This document shows positions 22,636 to 33,695 of a stretch of DNA of 64,000 bases, one piece after another (position 1 is the first letter of the stretch; each line of letters starts with the position of its first letter). Source of the stretch: Caulobacterales bacterium. GTDB taxonomy: Bacteria; Pseudomonadota; Alphaproteobacteria; Caulobacterales; Parvularculaceae. The position numbers and the translations under genes were made by a program. The notes beneath the pieces are model-generated. The model made no database searches and was not told the DNA's origin. It saw nothing but the letters and a program-made list of their open reading frames with translations. Location: contig JACKIL010000013.1 in assembly GCA_020638525.1 (NCBI GenBank), positions 2,483 to 66,482 of the forward strand, in the 5' to 3' direction.

Positions 22636-23271
22636 ATGGCGCGCGAAGATGGACGCGGAGAAGGTCGCGGAGAGGGCCGGGGCGAAGGCCGGGGCCGCGG
22701 TCGCGGTCGTGAGCGTGATCGCGAGCGGGAACGCGAGCGCGAGGAGCGCGACGAGTTCGTCGATAAGCTCGTTGCGATCAACCGCGTCGCGAAAGTCGTG
22801 AAGGGCGGCAAGAACTTCGGTTTCGCCGCGCTCGTCGTCGTCGGCGATCAGAAAGGCCGCGTCGGTTACGGCAAGGGCAAGGCCCGCGAGGTTCCGGAAG
22901 CGATCCGCAAGGCGACTCAGGAAGCCAAGCGTCAGCTCGTCCGCGTGCCGCTGCGCGAAGGCCGCACCTTGCACCATGACGCGCAAGGCCGCTGGGGCGC
23001 GGGCAAAGTCATTCTCCGCGCGGCGCCTCCGGGCACCGGCATCATCGCGGGCGGCCCGATGCGCGCCGTCTTCGAAACGCTCGGCGTTCAGGACGTCGTC
23101 GCCAAGTCGATGGGTTCGTCGAACCCGTACAACATGGTGCGCGCCACGATCGACGCGCTGCAGGCCCAGTCGAGCCCGCGCTCGATTGCGAACAAGCGCG
23201 GCAAGAAAGTCGCCGACATTCTCGCGCGCCGCACCGGCGGCGGCGAAGCGACCGGCGCAGACGCCGCCTAA
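22636..23271 (+). CDS. rpsE: 30S ribosomal protein S5 with R/G/E-rich N-terminal extension
   Basis: [19 protein letters not shown]. Confidence 0.99.
   Translation: MAREDGRGEGRGEGRGEGRGRGRGRERDREREREREERDEFVDKLVAINRVAKVVKGGKNFGFAALVVVGDQKGRVGYGKGKAREVPEAIRKATQEAKRQLVRVPLREGRTLHHDAQGRWGAGKVILRAAPPGTGIIAGGPMRAVFETLGVQDVVAKSMGSSNPYNMVRATIDALQAQSSPRSIANKRGKKVADILARRTGGGEATGADAA
22651..22750 (+). repeat. in-frame low-complexity tandem repeats (GRGE x3, then GR and RE dipeptide runs)
   Basis: degenerate 12-nt units ggacgcggagaa/ggtcgcggagag/ggccggggcgaa followed by 6-nt units. Confidence 0.75.
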
Positions 23272-23294
23272 GCTGACGAAGAGGATTGGTTGCA

Positions 23295-23483
23295 ATGGCC
23301 GCTAAGAAAACCCTGAAGGTCCGTCAGACGCGCAGCCCCGCGCGGCGTCCGAAAGACCAGGAAGCGACGCTGATCGGTCTCGGTCTCAACAAGATCGGCC
23401 GCGTACGCGAACTCGAAGACACGCCTTCCGTGCGCGGCATGATCGCCAAAGTCGCCCACATGGTTGAAGTGGTCGAGGAATAA
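23295..23483 (+). CDS. rpmD: 50S ribosomal protein L30
   Basis: [29 protein letters not shown]. Confidence 0.97.
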   Translation: MAAKKTLKVRQTRSPARRPKDQEATLIGLGLNKIGRVRELEDTPSVRGMIAKVAHMVEVVEE

Positions 23484-23545
23484 CCGGATTATTTTGGTAA
23501 AGGGCGAGGCGCGCCGAGGCGACGCCGCAAGTCCAAGGAGACGAC

Positions 23546-24070
23546 ATGAAACTGAACGAGCTTTCCGATAATCCGGGCGCGCGCAAGTCGCGCATCCGCG
23601 TTGGCCGCGGCATCGGCTCTGGCAAGGGCAAGACCGGCGGGCGCGGCGTCAAAGGTCAGAAGGCGCGTTCGGGCGTCACCGGCATCCGCCAGTTCGAAGG
23701 CGGCCAGATGCCGCTTTACATGCGCCTGCCGAAGCGCGGCTTCACGAAGCCGAACCGGCTGAAATTCGCCGAGATCAACGTTGGCGCGCTGCAGGCCGCT
23801 ATCGACGCCGGCAAGCTCGACGCTGCGAACAAGATCGACGCCGCCGCGCTCGTCGCCGCGGGCGTGCTTCGTCGCTCTTTTGACGGCGTGCGCCTTCTTG
23901 GCGTCGGCGAGCTTAAGGCGAAGGTCAATCTCGAAGTCGCTCACGCTTCGGCCGGCGCGCGCGCCGCTGTCGAGAAAGCGGGCGGCGCTCTTGTCGAGAC
24001 GGTCGTGAAAGAAGAATCGCCCGCCAAGAAGAAAGCCAAGAAAGCGGCGAAGGGCGGCGACGAGGAATAA
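23546..24070 (+). CDS. rplO: 50S ribosomal protein L15
   Basis: [30 protein letters not shown]. Confidence 0.99.
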   Translation: MKLNELSDNPGARKSRIRVGRGIGSGKGKTGGRGVKGQKARSGVTGIRQFEGGQMPLYMRLPKRGFTKPNRLKFAEINVGALQAAIDAGKLDAANKIDAAALVAAGVLRRSFDGVRLLGVGELKAKVNLEVAHASAGARAAVEKAGGALVETVVKEESPAKKKAKKAAKGGDEE

Positions 24071-24179
24071 TTCCCGGGGGCGGGCCGTTGCGAAAGCGAG
24101 GGACCGCCGCCACATGGATGTTTTCCAACCGCTGGGTCGGCTTTTCGGCCCCCGATGCGACCGAGTGATCTGACCCGCT

Positions 24180-25544
24180 ATGACATCAGCTGCAGAACAG
24201 TTCGCCTCCAACCTCAACTTCTCCGCTTTCGCCAAAGCGGAGGAGCTGAAGAAGCGTCTTCTGTTCACCCTGGGCGCGCTGATCGTCTACCGGCTCGGCA
24301 CCTTCATTCCGATCCCCGGCATCAACCCGGAAGCCTATGCGAACGCCTTCCAGTCGCAGACCGGCGGTCTGCTCGGAACGCTCAACATCTTCGCCGGCGG
24401 CGCGGTCGAGCGGATGGCGATCTTCGCGCTCAACATCATGCCGTACATCTCGGCGTCGATCATCATGCAGCTGATGACGGCCGTCATTCCTTCGCTTGAG
24501 GCGATCAAGAAGGAAGGCGAGCAGGGCAGGCGGCAGATCAATCAGTACACGCGCTACCTGACGGTCGGCCTTGCGACCATGCAGGGCTATTTCATCGCAG
24601 TGAACCTGCAGTCGAATACCGGCGGCGGCATTCCTGTCGTCAACGATCCGGGCCCGTTCTTCCTGTTGACGACTGTCGTCACGCTTGTCGGCGGCGTCAT
24701 GTTCCTCCTGTGGCTCGGCGAACAGATCACGTCGCGCGGCGTCGGCAACGGCACCTCGCTGATCATCTTCGCCGGGATCGTCGCGGAGCTTCCGCGGTCT
24801 GCGGCGGGCCTCTTCGCGCTCGGTCGCGGCGCCGGGGCGGGCGGCGCGTCGCTTCCGGGCGGCATCGTCGTGCTGGTGCTTATCATGGCCCTCGCGCTCG
24901 TGACGTTCGTCGTCTTCATGGAGCGCTCGCAGCGCCGCATCCTCGTTCAATATCCGCGCCGCCAGGTTGGCCAGCGCATGACGCAGGGCGAAAAATCGCA
25001 CCTGCCGCTGAAGCTCAACACGGCCGGCGTCATTCCGCCGATCTTCGCGCAGTCGCTGCTGCTGCTGCCAGCGACGGCCGCCGCCGCGCTCGGCCAGCAG
25101 GATGCGCCGGAATGGCTGCAAAACATCCAGATCTGGTTCGCGCCGCACCGGCCGCTTTATCTCTTCTTCTATGCGCTCGGCATTTTCGCCTTCGCGTTCG
25201 TCTATACGTCGGCGGTCTTCAACACGCAGGACGTCGCAGACAATCTGAAGAAATATGGCGGCTTCGTTCAGGGCTATCGCCCCGGCGCGCGCACGGCCGA
25301 ATATCTCGACTATGTTCTGACGCGCCTCACTGTCATCGGCGCTCTCTACCTCGCCGTCGTCTGCCTGACGCCGCAGGTCATCATCGCTCAGTACCCGAAC
25401 ATCCCTGTCTATCTCGGCGGCACGTCGCTTCTCATCGTCGTCTCGGTGACGCTCGACACCGTCGGCCAAATCCAGGGCCATCTGCTCGCGCAGCAATATG
25501 AGAGCCTGATCAAGAAGTCGAAACTGCGCGGGGGGCGGACGTGA
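24180..25544 (+). CDS. secY: preprotein translocase subunit SecY
   Basis: IFALNIMPYISASII, WLGEQITSRGVGNG, GGTSLLIVV. Confidence 0.99.
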   Translation: MTSAAEQFASNLNFSAFAKAEELKKRLLFTLGALIVYRLGTFIPIPGINPEAYANAFQSQTGGLLGTLNIFAGGAVERMAIFALNIMPYISASIIMQLMTAVIPSLEAIKKEGEQGRRQINQYTRYLTVGLATMQGYFIAVNLQSNTGGGIPVVNDPGPFFLLTTVVTLVGGVMFLLWLGEQITSRGVGNGTSLIIFAGIVAELPRSAAGLFALGRGAGAGGASLPGGIVVLVLIMALALVTFVVFMERSQRRILVQYPRRQVGQRMTQGEKSHLPLKLNTAGVIPPIFAQSLLLLPATAAAALGQQDAPEWLQNIQIWFAPHRPLYLFFYALGIFAFAFVYTSAVFNTQDVADNLKKYGGFVQGYRPGARTAEYLDYVLTRLTVIGALYLAVVCLTPQVIIAQYPNIPVYLGGTSLLIVVSVTLDTVGQIQGHLLAQQYESLIKKSKLRGGRT

Positions 25545-26128
25545 TCCTCATACTTCTCGGCGCGCCGGGCGCCGGCAAAGGCACGCAGGCTGAACGCATC
25601 GTCAAGACGCGCGGCATTCCGCAGCTCTCGACGGGCGACATGCTTCGCGCGGCCGTTTCTTCTGGCTCTCCGCTCGGCAAGCGCGTGAAGGACATCATGG
25701 ATCGCGGCGATCTCGTCTCCGACGCGATCATCGAAGAAATCATTACGGACCGAATCAAGGCGCCGGACTGCGCGAAGGGGTTCATCCTCGACGGCGCGGT
25801 CCGCACGGTCGTCCAGGCGGAAATGATCGACCGGGTGCTCTCGGGCCTCGGTCGTTCGCTTGACGCCGTCATCCTCCTCGAAGTCGACGAAGAGGAGCTG
25901 GTCAACCGGCTGAAGACCCGGATCGAGCAGGCCAAGAAGGCCGGTCTTCCGCTTCGGGCCGACGATAATGTTGAGACTTTCCGCAAGCGCCAGCAGGTCT
26001 ACCGGGACCAGACGGCGCCGCTCATTCCCTATTATGAGGGTAAGGGCGTCCTGAAGAAGGTCGATGGAATGGGGTCGATTGACGAGGTGGCGGCGGCGAT
26101 CGACGCCATCCTCGATAAAATCGGCTAG
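25541..26128 (+). CDS. adk: adenylate kinase (short-LID type)
   Basis: GAPGAGKGTQA, STGDMLR, RADDN; GTG start overlapping secY stop. Confidence 0.95.
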   Translation: MILILLGAPGAGKGTQAERIVKTRGIPQLSTGDMLRAAVSSGSPLGKRVKDIMDRGDLVSDAIIEEIITDRIKAPDCAKGFILDGAVRTVVQAEMIDRVLSGLGRSLDAVILLEVDEEELVNRLKTRIEQAKKAGLPLRADDNVETFRKRQQVYRDQTAPLIPYYEGKGVLKKVDGMGSIDEVAAAIDAILDKIG

Positions 26129-26156
26129 TAGCCCGCCTTAAACCGGCGGGAGGGAG

Positions 26157-26184
26157 TTGACGGAGGGCAAAGCGTGGCTATATC
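26157..26184 (+). promoter_or_regulatory. candidate sigma70 promoter of the alpha operon
   Basis: TTGACG ... GCTATATC, resembling the alphaproteobacterial housekeeping consensus TTGAC-N-GCTANAWC. Confidence 0.65.
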
Positions 26185-26314
26185 TACGCCCCTCCGCCAA
26201 AAGGCGTAAAGCTCGCCCGGCTTCCTCGTGGAATGCCGGCGCGGGCCTTGTTTTATGGCGTTTTGGGGCGCTCGGCGCCCTGAGGCGGGGAAAGAAGAGA
26301 AGAGGAAGAGCTCC

Positions 26315-26695
26315 GTGGCCCGGATTGCAGGCGTCAACATTCCGACGAACAAGCGCGTCATCATCGCGCTGCGGTACATTCATGGTATCGGCCCGGCGAA
26401 AGCCGCCGAGATCTGCGAGAAAGTCGGCATTCCGGCGGAGCGCCGGGTGAACCAGCTTTCGGATGCGGAAGTGCTCCAGATCCGCGAAACGATCGACCGC
26501 GACTATGTCGTCGAGGGCGATCTGCGGCGCGAAGTCGCCGTCAACATCAAGCGCCTGATGGACATGGCCTGCTACCGGGGCCTGCGCCACCGCCGCGGCC
26601 TTCCGGTCCGCGGTCAGCGCACCCATACGAACGCGCGCACGCGCAAAGGCCCGGCGAAGCCGATCGCGGGCAAGAAAATGCCTGGCAAGAAGTAA
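26315..26695 (+). CDS. rpsM: 30S ribosomal protein S13
   Basis: [27 protein letters not shown]; GTG start at 26315. Confidence 0.99.
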   Translation: MARIAGVNIPTNKRVIIALRYIHGIGPAKAAEICEKVGIPAERRVNQLSDAEVLQIRETIDRDYVVEGDLRREVAVNIKRLMDMACYRGLRHRRGLPVRGQRTHTNARTRKGPAKPIAGKKMPGKK

Positions 26696-26707
26696 GGACA
26701 ATAAGAG

Positions 26708-27106
26708 ATGGCGAAGGCTCCTGCAGGTGGCGCGCGCGTTCGGCGCCGTGAACGCAAAAACATTACGTCGGGCGTCGTTCATGTGAATGCGTCTTTCAAC
26801 AACACGATGATCACCATCAGCGACGAACAGGGCAACTCGGTTTCCTGGTCTTCCGCCGGCGCGATGGGGTTCAAAGGCTCGCGCAAGTCGACGCCTTATG
26901 CGGCGCAGCTTGCTGCTGAAGACGCCGCCAAGAAGGCGATGGAACATGGCCTTCGCACCGTGAACGTCGAAGTTCGCGGACCGGGCTCGGGCCGTGAGAG
27001 CGCGCTTCGCGCGCTGCAGGCCGCGGGCCTCACCGTTCAGATGATCCGTGACTGCACGCCGATCCCGCACAATGGCTGCCGTCCGCGCAAGCGCCGCCGG
27101 GTCTGA
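26708..27106 (+). CDS. rpsK: 30S ribosomal protein S11
   Basis: [23 protein letters not shown]. Confidence 0.99.
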   Translation: MAKAPAGGARVRRRERKNITSGVVHVNASFNNTMITISDEQGNSVSWSSAGAMGFKGSRKSTPYAAQLAAEDAAKKAMEHGLRTVNVEVRGPGSGRESALRALQAAGLTVQMIRDCTPIPHNGCRPRKRRRV

Positions 27107-27218
27107 TCGGCGCGCGGCGACTACCCCTTCTTTGGGGGCGAGAATCTGGCCCCTCATGTCGGGCCGCTTAAAGTGAAAGCCGCCATGCTCTCCGGCGGCA
27201 AATGGAGCTGAACGCACC

Positions 27219-28229
27219 GTGATTGAAAAGAACTGGCAAGAACTGATCCGTCCGTCGAAGCTCGAGGTCACGCCTGGCGTTGACCCGAAGCGTCGCGCGA
27301 CGATCGTCGCCCAGCCGCTTGAACGCGGCTTCGGCCTGACGCTCGGCAATGCGCTTCGCCGCATTCTGCTCTCGTCGCTGCAGGGAACGGCCGTCACCTC
27401 GATCCAGATCGACGGCGTCGTGCATGAATTCTCGTCGATCCCGGGCGTGCGCGAAGACGTCACGGACATCGTCCTCAATGTGAAGCAGCTCTCGCTGCTC
27501 TGCCATTCCGACACGCCGAAGCGCCTTGTTCTCAAGAAGTCGACGCCGGGTCCGGTGACGGCTGGCGATATCGAACCGACCTCGTCGGTCGATATTCTCG
27601 ACAAGAACCAGGTCATCTGCCACCTCGACGAAGGCGCGTCGCTGCGCATGGAACTCGTCGTGCAGACGGGCAAAGGCTATGTGCCGGCCGACCGCAACCG
27701 TCCGGAAGACGCGCCGATCGGGCTTATCCCGGTCGACAGCCTCTATTCGCCGTGCAAGCGCGTCGCCTATCGCGTCGAGAACACCCGCGAAGGCCAGGTG
27801 CTCGACTATGACCGCCTGATCCTCGAAGTCGAAACCGATGGTTCGCTGACGCCGGATGACGCCGCCGCCTACGCCGCGCGTATCCTGCAGGACCAGCTCC
27901 AGATCTTCGTCAACTTCGACGAGCCGAAGAAAGAGCTCGGCGGCGGCATGCACGAAGAGCTGCCGTTCAACCCGGCGCTCCTGCGCAAGGTGGACGAGCT
28001 CGAGCTGTCGGTTCGCTCGGCGAACTGCCTCAAGAACGACAACATCGTTTACATCGGCGATCTCATCCAGAAGACGGAAGCGGAAATGCTCCGTACGCCG
28101 AACTTCGGGCGCAAGTCGCTCAACGAGATCAAGGAAGTGCTCGCCGGTCTCGGCCTCCATCTCGGTATGGATGTGCCGGATTGGCCGCCGGACAATATCG
28201 AAGAACTTGCGAAGAAATACGAAGAGTAG
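27219..28229 (+). CDS. rpoA: RNA polymerase alpha subunit
   Basis: [39 protein letters not shown]. Confidence 0.99.
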   Translation: MIEKNWQELIRPSKLEVTPGVDPKRRATIVAQPLERGFGLTLGNALRRILLSSLQGTAVTSIQIDGVVHEFSSIPGVREDVTDIVLNVKQLSLLCHSDTPKRLVLKKSTPGPVTAGDIEPTSSVDILDKNQVICHLDEGASLRMELVVQTGKGYVPADRNRPEDAPIGLIPVDSLYSPCKRVAYRVENTREGQVLDYDRLILEVETDGSLTPDDAAAYAARILQDQLQIFVNFDEPKKELGGGMHEELPFNPALLRKVDELELSVRSANCLKNDNIVYIGDLIQKTEAEMLRTPNFGRKSLNEIKEVLAGLGLHLGMDVPDWPPDNIEELAKKYEE

Positions 28230-28275
28230 ACCATTCGGCTGACGCAAGGCGCGTCAGCTCCAAGGAGGATAAGCC

Positions 28276-28710
28276 ATGCGACACGGGATGGCGCACCGCA
28301 AACTGAACCGCACGCACGAGCACCGCAAAGCGATGTTCGCGAACATGGCGTCTGCGCTGATCAAGCATGAGCAGATCACGACGACCCTGCCGAAAGCCAA
28401 AGAGCTTCGGCCGATCGTCGAGAAGCTGGTGACGATCGCGAAAAAGGCGAACCGCGACGAGTCGAGGACGCTGCATCTGCGCCGCCTCGCTTCCGCGCGC
28501 CTTCGCGACGACACGCAGGCCAAGAAGCTCTTCGAAACCATCGGTCCGCGTTACGCCGACCGCAATGGCGGCTATATCCGCATCATGAAAGCGGGCTTCC
28601 GCTACGGCGATAATGCGCCGCTCGCGGTCATCGAATTCGTCGATCGCGACGAGAGCGCCAAAGGCCAGGATTCGGGCCCGGTTCTCGTCGACGAGGACAA
28701 CGAAGAATAA
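28276..28710 (+). CDS. rplQ: 50S ribosomal protein L17
   Basis: [29 protein letters not shown]. Confidence 0.99.
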   Translation: MRHGMAHRKLNRTHEHRKAMFANMASALIKHEQITTTLPKAKELRPIVEKLVTIAKKANRDESRTLHLRRLASARLRDDTQAKKLFETIGPRYADRNGGYIRIMKAGFRYGDNAPLAVIEFVDRDESAKGQDSGPVLVDEDNEE

Positions 28711-28735
28711 CCTCGGCTAATACGCCGGGATGAAG

Positions 28736-28768
28736 AAAGGCGGCGCTCTCGGGCGCCGCTTTTGTTTT
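28736..28768 (+). terminator. intrinsic, possibly bidirectional, terminator after rplQ
   Basis: aaag-gcggcgc-tctcgg-gcgccgc-ttttgtttt between convergent genes. Confidence 0.8.
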
Positions 28769-28818
28769 ATCTCGGGTGCTGCGCGTTTGCTCGCGCAGCC
28801 TTTCTGGGCAAGGGGGTT

Positions 28819-29664
28819 TTACGCCAGACTTTCTGCCGGCCAGTTCCGCCGTGCGCCGGCGATCCAGAAGGGCAGGCAGACGAGCAAGCACACGGCAGCC
28901 GTGACGACGCCGAATTCCCCGATCATCGTGATCGAACTGTCGCCGCGCGTAGTCAGCGGATCATAGATCTGCTGCAGCACGAGATTGTGCGACGCATGGA
29001 GCGTCACGGCAGGCCAGAGGCTCCCTGAAGAAAGTCTGAGCCAGGCGAAGGCGCCGCTGATCGAGGTGATTACGACGAAGAACGACAAGATCTCGAAGAG
29101 CTTTTCGCCGCCGGCGTTGTAGCCGCTGTAGAGCAGGATCGGCAGGTGCCATGACGCCCAGACGAGTCCGGTGATGAGCGAAGCGGCGAGGAAGCCGGTC
29201 ATCGCCGTAAGACGTGGCGTGAAGAAGCCGCGCCAGCCGATCTCTTCGCCAAGCGCCGCCGCCATGTTGTTGACGAGGCCCGCCGTAGCCGCGAGTAAAA
29301 GCAGGGCGGCGATCCCAGTCGCGGGGGCGAGAGAACCGAAGCCCTCGCTCTCTGCGATCTTCGTCATCAACTCGAAGCGTGGAAATCCGGCGAGGCCCAT
29401 TGCGTTGGCGACCAGGCACGCGGCGCCGCCATAGATCACCGGCAATATCAGCGCGATCAGGTGATAGCGCGTCGCGCCCCATTTCCATCCAAGACTGGAA
29501 AGGTCGCGGCCGGTCAGTTTGAGCGCAAGCATCGCTGACACGCCCACCGTCCACATCAGGCAGACGGCGAGCATTCCGGTGAATGCGAAATGGATGATCA
29601 CCCACTGGACGAAGCCCGTCATTGCGACGACGAGAACGACAAACAGAACGAACGCCGGAGTCAT
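28819..29664 (-). CDS. CPBP (CAAX/Abi) family intramembrane metalloprotease
   Basis: GEEIGWRG, WASWH, LHASHN motifs; many hydrophobic segments. Confidence 0.88.
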   Translation of the reverse strand: MTPAFVLFVVLVVAMTGFVQWVIIHFAFTGMLAVCLMWTVGVSAMLALKLTGRDLSSLGWKWGATRYHLIALILPVIYGGAACLVANAMGLAGFPRFELMTKIAESEGFGSLAPATGIAALLLLAATAGLVNNMAAALGEEIGWRGFFTPRLTAMTGFLAASLITGLVWASWHLPILLYSGYNAGGEKLFEILSFFVVITSISGAFAWLRLSSGSLWPAVTLHASHNLVLQQIYDPLTTRGDSSITMIGEFGVVTAAVCLLVCLPFWIAGARRNWPAESLA

Positions 29665-29820
29665 TTGGTTTCCTTGAAAATTTCGCCGGGAATGGCGCAA
29701 AGAGTTGTCGAGCCGGTGGAAATGGCTTCGCGGTCGGACGCTAAAACCAGCGTCAAAGGCATTTCAAGCGAGATATGGCGAAGCGTGCGCCGCCTGCGCT
29801 CAGGCGCTGCGAGCTTCGTC

Positions 29821-29856
29821 TTGCTATTTAATTTCGATTTGGGTTAAATATTATTC
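29821..29856 (+). promoter_or_regulatory. AT-rich promoter with inverted repeat (putative ArsR-family operator)
   Basis: TATTTAA-N12-TTAAATA (29825-29850) overlapping TTGCTA and a -10-like hexamer. Confidence 0.6.
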
Positions 29857-29876
29857 GTAACCGAAAGGAGATCGCG

Positions 29877-30335
29877 ATGACCGGGTTCAAGCGAAACAGC
29901 CTCACTTCCGCGCTCTGCTACCGCAATCCGAAGGCCGCTCTGGACTGGCTGGAAAAGGCCTACGGGTTTGAGCCGGCCATGATCATCAGCGACGCCAATG
30001 GCGATATCGCCCACTCAGAGATGCGTTTCGGCGAGTGCCTGATCATGATCGGGAATGAGTGGACGGAAGACCACAAGAGCCCGGCCTCGATCGAGGGCAA
30101 GAACACCCAGACCGTTCATGTGCATCTGGAGGAGGATATCGACGCCCATTGCGAACGCGCCCGGAAGGCGGGCGCCGAGATCCTGATGGAGCCGGAAACG
30201 CAATTCTATGGTGACCGCACCTATCGCGCCCGAGACCCGGAGGGGCATATCTGGACCTTCGGCCAGATGGTCAAGCAAGTGAGCCCCGAAGAGTGGGACA
30301 GGGAGAGCGGCTTCTCCACGAAGATGTACGAATGA
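29877..30335 (+). CDS. VOC/glyoxalase (PhnB-like) family protein
   Basis: HSEMRFG, QFYGDRTYRARDPEGHIW; AAGGAG SD. Confidence 0.88.
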   Translation: MTGFKRNSLTSALCYRNPKAALDWLEKAYGFEPAMIISDANGDIAHSEMRFGECLIMIGNEWTEDHKSPASIEGKNTQTVHVHLEEDIDAHCERARKAGAEILMEPETQFYGDRTYRARDPEGHIWTFGQMVKQVSPEEWDRESGFSTKMYE

Positions 30336-30664
30336 AACAGGCCCGCCTCGATGCGGCGCTGGCCGCCCTTGCCGAGCCCCAGCGCCGGCGCGCCGTAGAA
30401 CTCTTAAGCGAACGGCCGCGCCGTGCCGGAGAACTCGCTGAAGCTCTTGGGCTTTCTGCGCCTGCCATGAGCCGTCACCTGAAGGCGCTCAAGGCAAGCG
30501 GCCTCGTCGAGGAGGAGCATCCGGACTTTGACGCCCGCGTGCGCGTCTATGCGCTGAGACGGGACGGGCTTTCGGCGCTCAAGGACTGGGTCGAGCGCGC
30601 CGAGGCGCATTGGTCCCGCCAGCTTGCTTCATTCAAAGCGCACATCGAAAAGGATGATGCGTGA
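30332..30664 (+). CDS. ArsR/SmtB family transcriptional regulator
   Basis: ALAEPQRR...GELAEALGLSAPAMSRHLKALKASGLV winged HTH; ATGA overlap. Confidence 0.9.
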   Translation: MKQARLDAALAALAEPQRRRAVELLSERPRRAGELAEALGLSAPAMSRHLKALKASGLVEEEHPDFDARVRVYALRRDGLSALKDWVERAEAHWSRQLASFKAHIEKDDA

Positions 30665-31137
30665 CCTCGGGCGAAAGCTCCGTCCTCGTCGCCTTGCGCG
30701 TCAAGGCGAGCCCGGCCCGCGCCTTCGACGTCTTCACACAGGAGATCGGCGTCTGGTGGCGGCCTGACCCGCTCTTCGAGATCACCCCGCGCGGCGATGG
30801 TCGCCTCAAATTCGAAGGCGGCGAGGGCGGGCGTGTCATCACCGAGCTGCCGAACGGGAAAATCTACGAGGTGGGACGCGTCACCGCGTGGGAGCCGGGG
30901 CGGTTCCTCGCCTTTGACTGGCGGCAGGCAACATTCGCACCGGAGATGAAAACGCGCGTCGAAGTGCGGTTTGAGGCAGTCGGGGACGAGACCCGCGTTT
31001 CGGTCGCCCATTTCGGCTGGACGTCGATCCCGCAAGAGCATGTCGCGAGACACGGGTTTCCCGACATGGTCACGCAGCAGCGCGCCGGCGACTGGTGGCG
31101 CCGCTCGCTGGAGGCGTATCGTCAGAGCGTCGGGTGA
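30661..31137 (+). CDS. SRPBCC/AHSA1 (START-like) domain protein
   Basis: AFDVFT..IGVWW, GRVTAWEPG, TRVEVRF; follows ArsR gene with GTGA overlap. Confidence 0.85.
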   Translation: MTSGESSVLVALRVKASPARAFDVFTQEIGVWWRPDPLFEITPRGDGRLKFEGGEGGRVITELPNGKIYEVGRVTAWEPGRFLAFDWRQATFAPEMKTRVEVRFEAVGDETRVSVAHFGWTSIPQEHVARHGFPDMVTQQRAGDWWRRSLEAYRQSVG

Positions 31138-31203
31138 GACTCCCTCGCATGCGGCGAGGCGGCGAATTGCTCCGGCGGGGCGGTCGGCTTACCTTCCATC
31201 GCA

Positions 31204-32160
31204 ATGAAACGCTTCAAGAACCCAAAAGGCGCAACGCTCGCCTTCCTCATCGCGGCCCTGCTCTCGGCGGCGGCGATCGCTGAGGAAGTCTGGAAAAAGC
31301 CTGACCCCCATACGCTTCCCGACGGCGCGAGCAAGGATGAGGTCCTCTACGGCGAAACGCTGATCCGGCGAACCTATTCGGTCATCGGACCGGAGGTCGC
31401 AAACCCGGCGATGCGTTATGCAGGCAATAATCTCGCCTGCGGGTCCTGCCATCTCGATGGGGGCCGGCAGCGCCTCGGCCTTTCCTATGTCGGCGTCTAC
31501 GACGCCTATCCTGCGAACATGGCGCGTGAGAACGAGATGCGCACGCTGACCCAGCGCATCAACGGGTGCATGGAGCGCAGCATGAATGGGCGCGCGCTTC
31601 CCGATGAGTCCGCCGAGATGAACGCGATGATCGCCTATATCCGTTTCCTCAGCGCTGGCGCGCCTGAAGGCGTCAACGGCCGCAGCACGCCGCAGCTCGC
31701 TCTGATGGACAGAGCGGCGGACCCTGCGAAAGGCGCCGAAGTCTTCGATCTTTATTGCGCCGCCTGTCATGGCGCGGACGGGCAAGGCATGCGCAATGGC
31801 AAGGCCGGCGACGCCGGCGGCTATCTCTATCCGCCGCTGTGGGGGCCTGACAGCTTCAATGACGGCGCTGGCATGCACCGGCTGATCACGTCGGCCCGCT
31901 TCATCCATGCGAACATGCCGCTCGGCACGACCTTCGAGTCTCCCTTGCTCACCGAGGAAGAGGCATTTGATGTCGCCGCCTACATCAATTCGCAGCCACG
32001 CCCCGAAAAGGGCGGGCTCGACCGCGACTTTCCGGACCGTTCGCGCAAGCCGGTCGACGCGCCATTCCCACCCTATGACGACGATTTTTCATTGGAACAA
32101 CATCGGCTTGGGCCATTCAAGCCAATCATTGAGGACCGGGAGAAACGGAAAGAGGGCTGA
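31204..32160 (+). CDS. tsdA: periplasmic diheme cytochrome c, TsdA-like thiosulfate dehydrogenase/tetrathionate reductase
   Basis: signal peptide; CGSCH and CAACH; RINGCMERSMNG; PPLWG..SFNDGAGM..NMP. Confidence 0.78.
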   Translation: MKRFKNPKGATLAFLIAALLSAAAIAEEVWKKPDPHTLPDGASKDEVLYGETLIRRTYSVIGPEVANPAMRYAGNNLACGSCHLDGGRQRLGLSYVGVYDAYPANMARENEMRTLTQRINGCMERSMNGRALPDESAEMNAMIAYIRFLSAGAPEGVNGRSTPQLALMDRAADPAKGAEVFDLYCAACHGADGQGMRNGKAGDAGGYLYPPLWGPDSFNDGAGMHRLITSARFIHANMPLGTTFESPLLTEEEAFDVAAYINSQPRPEKGGLDRDFPDRSRKPVDAPFPPYDDDFSLEQHRLGPFKPIIEDREKRKEG

Positions 32161-32270
32161 TCGCGACAGACGCACTGCAATCAGCCGTCTGATCCCCTAT
32201 ATTCCTGTTCGCGCGGGAGACGCCCGCGCGAGGAAACCCGAAAAGCTGTAACCCGCCAGAAGGTCATCCC

Positions 32271-33692
<1,422 letters not shown>

Positions 33693-33695
33693 AGC

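Noticed and set aside
13093-23522. 13-mer cgcgccgaggcga in both the fusA-tuf and rpmD-rplO spacers
   Set aside because: Short and GC-rich with no shared flanking structure; chance cannot be excluded
25541-26315. Absence of rpmJ, infA and map near secY-adk-rpsM
   Set aside because: Normal gene order in Alphaproteobacteria
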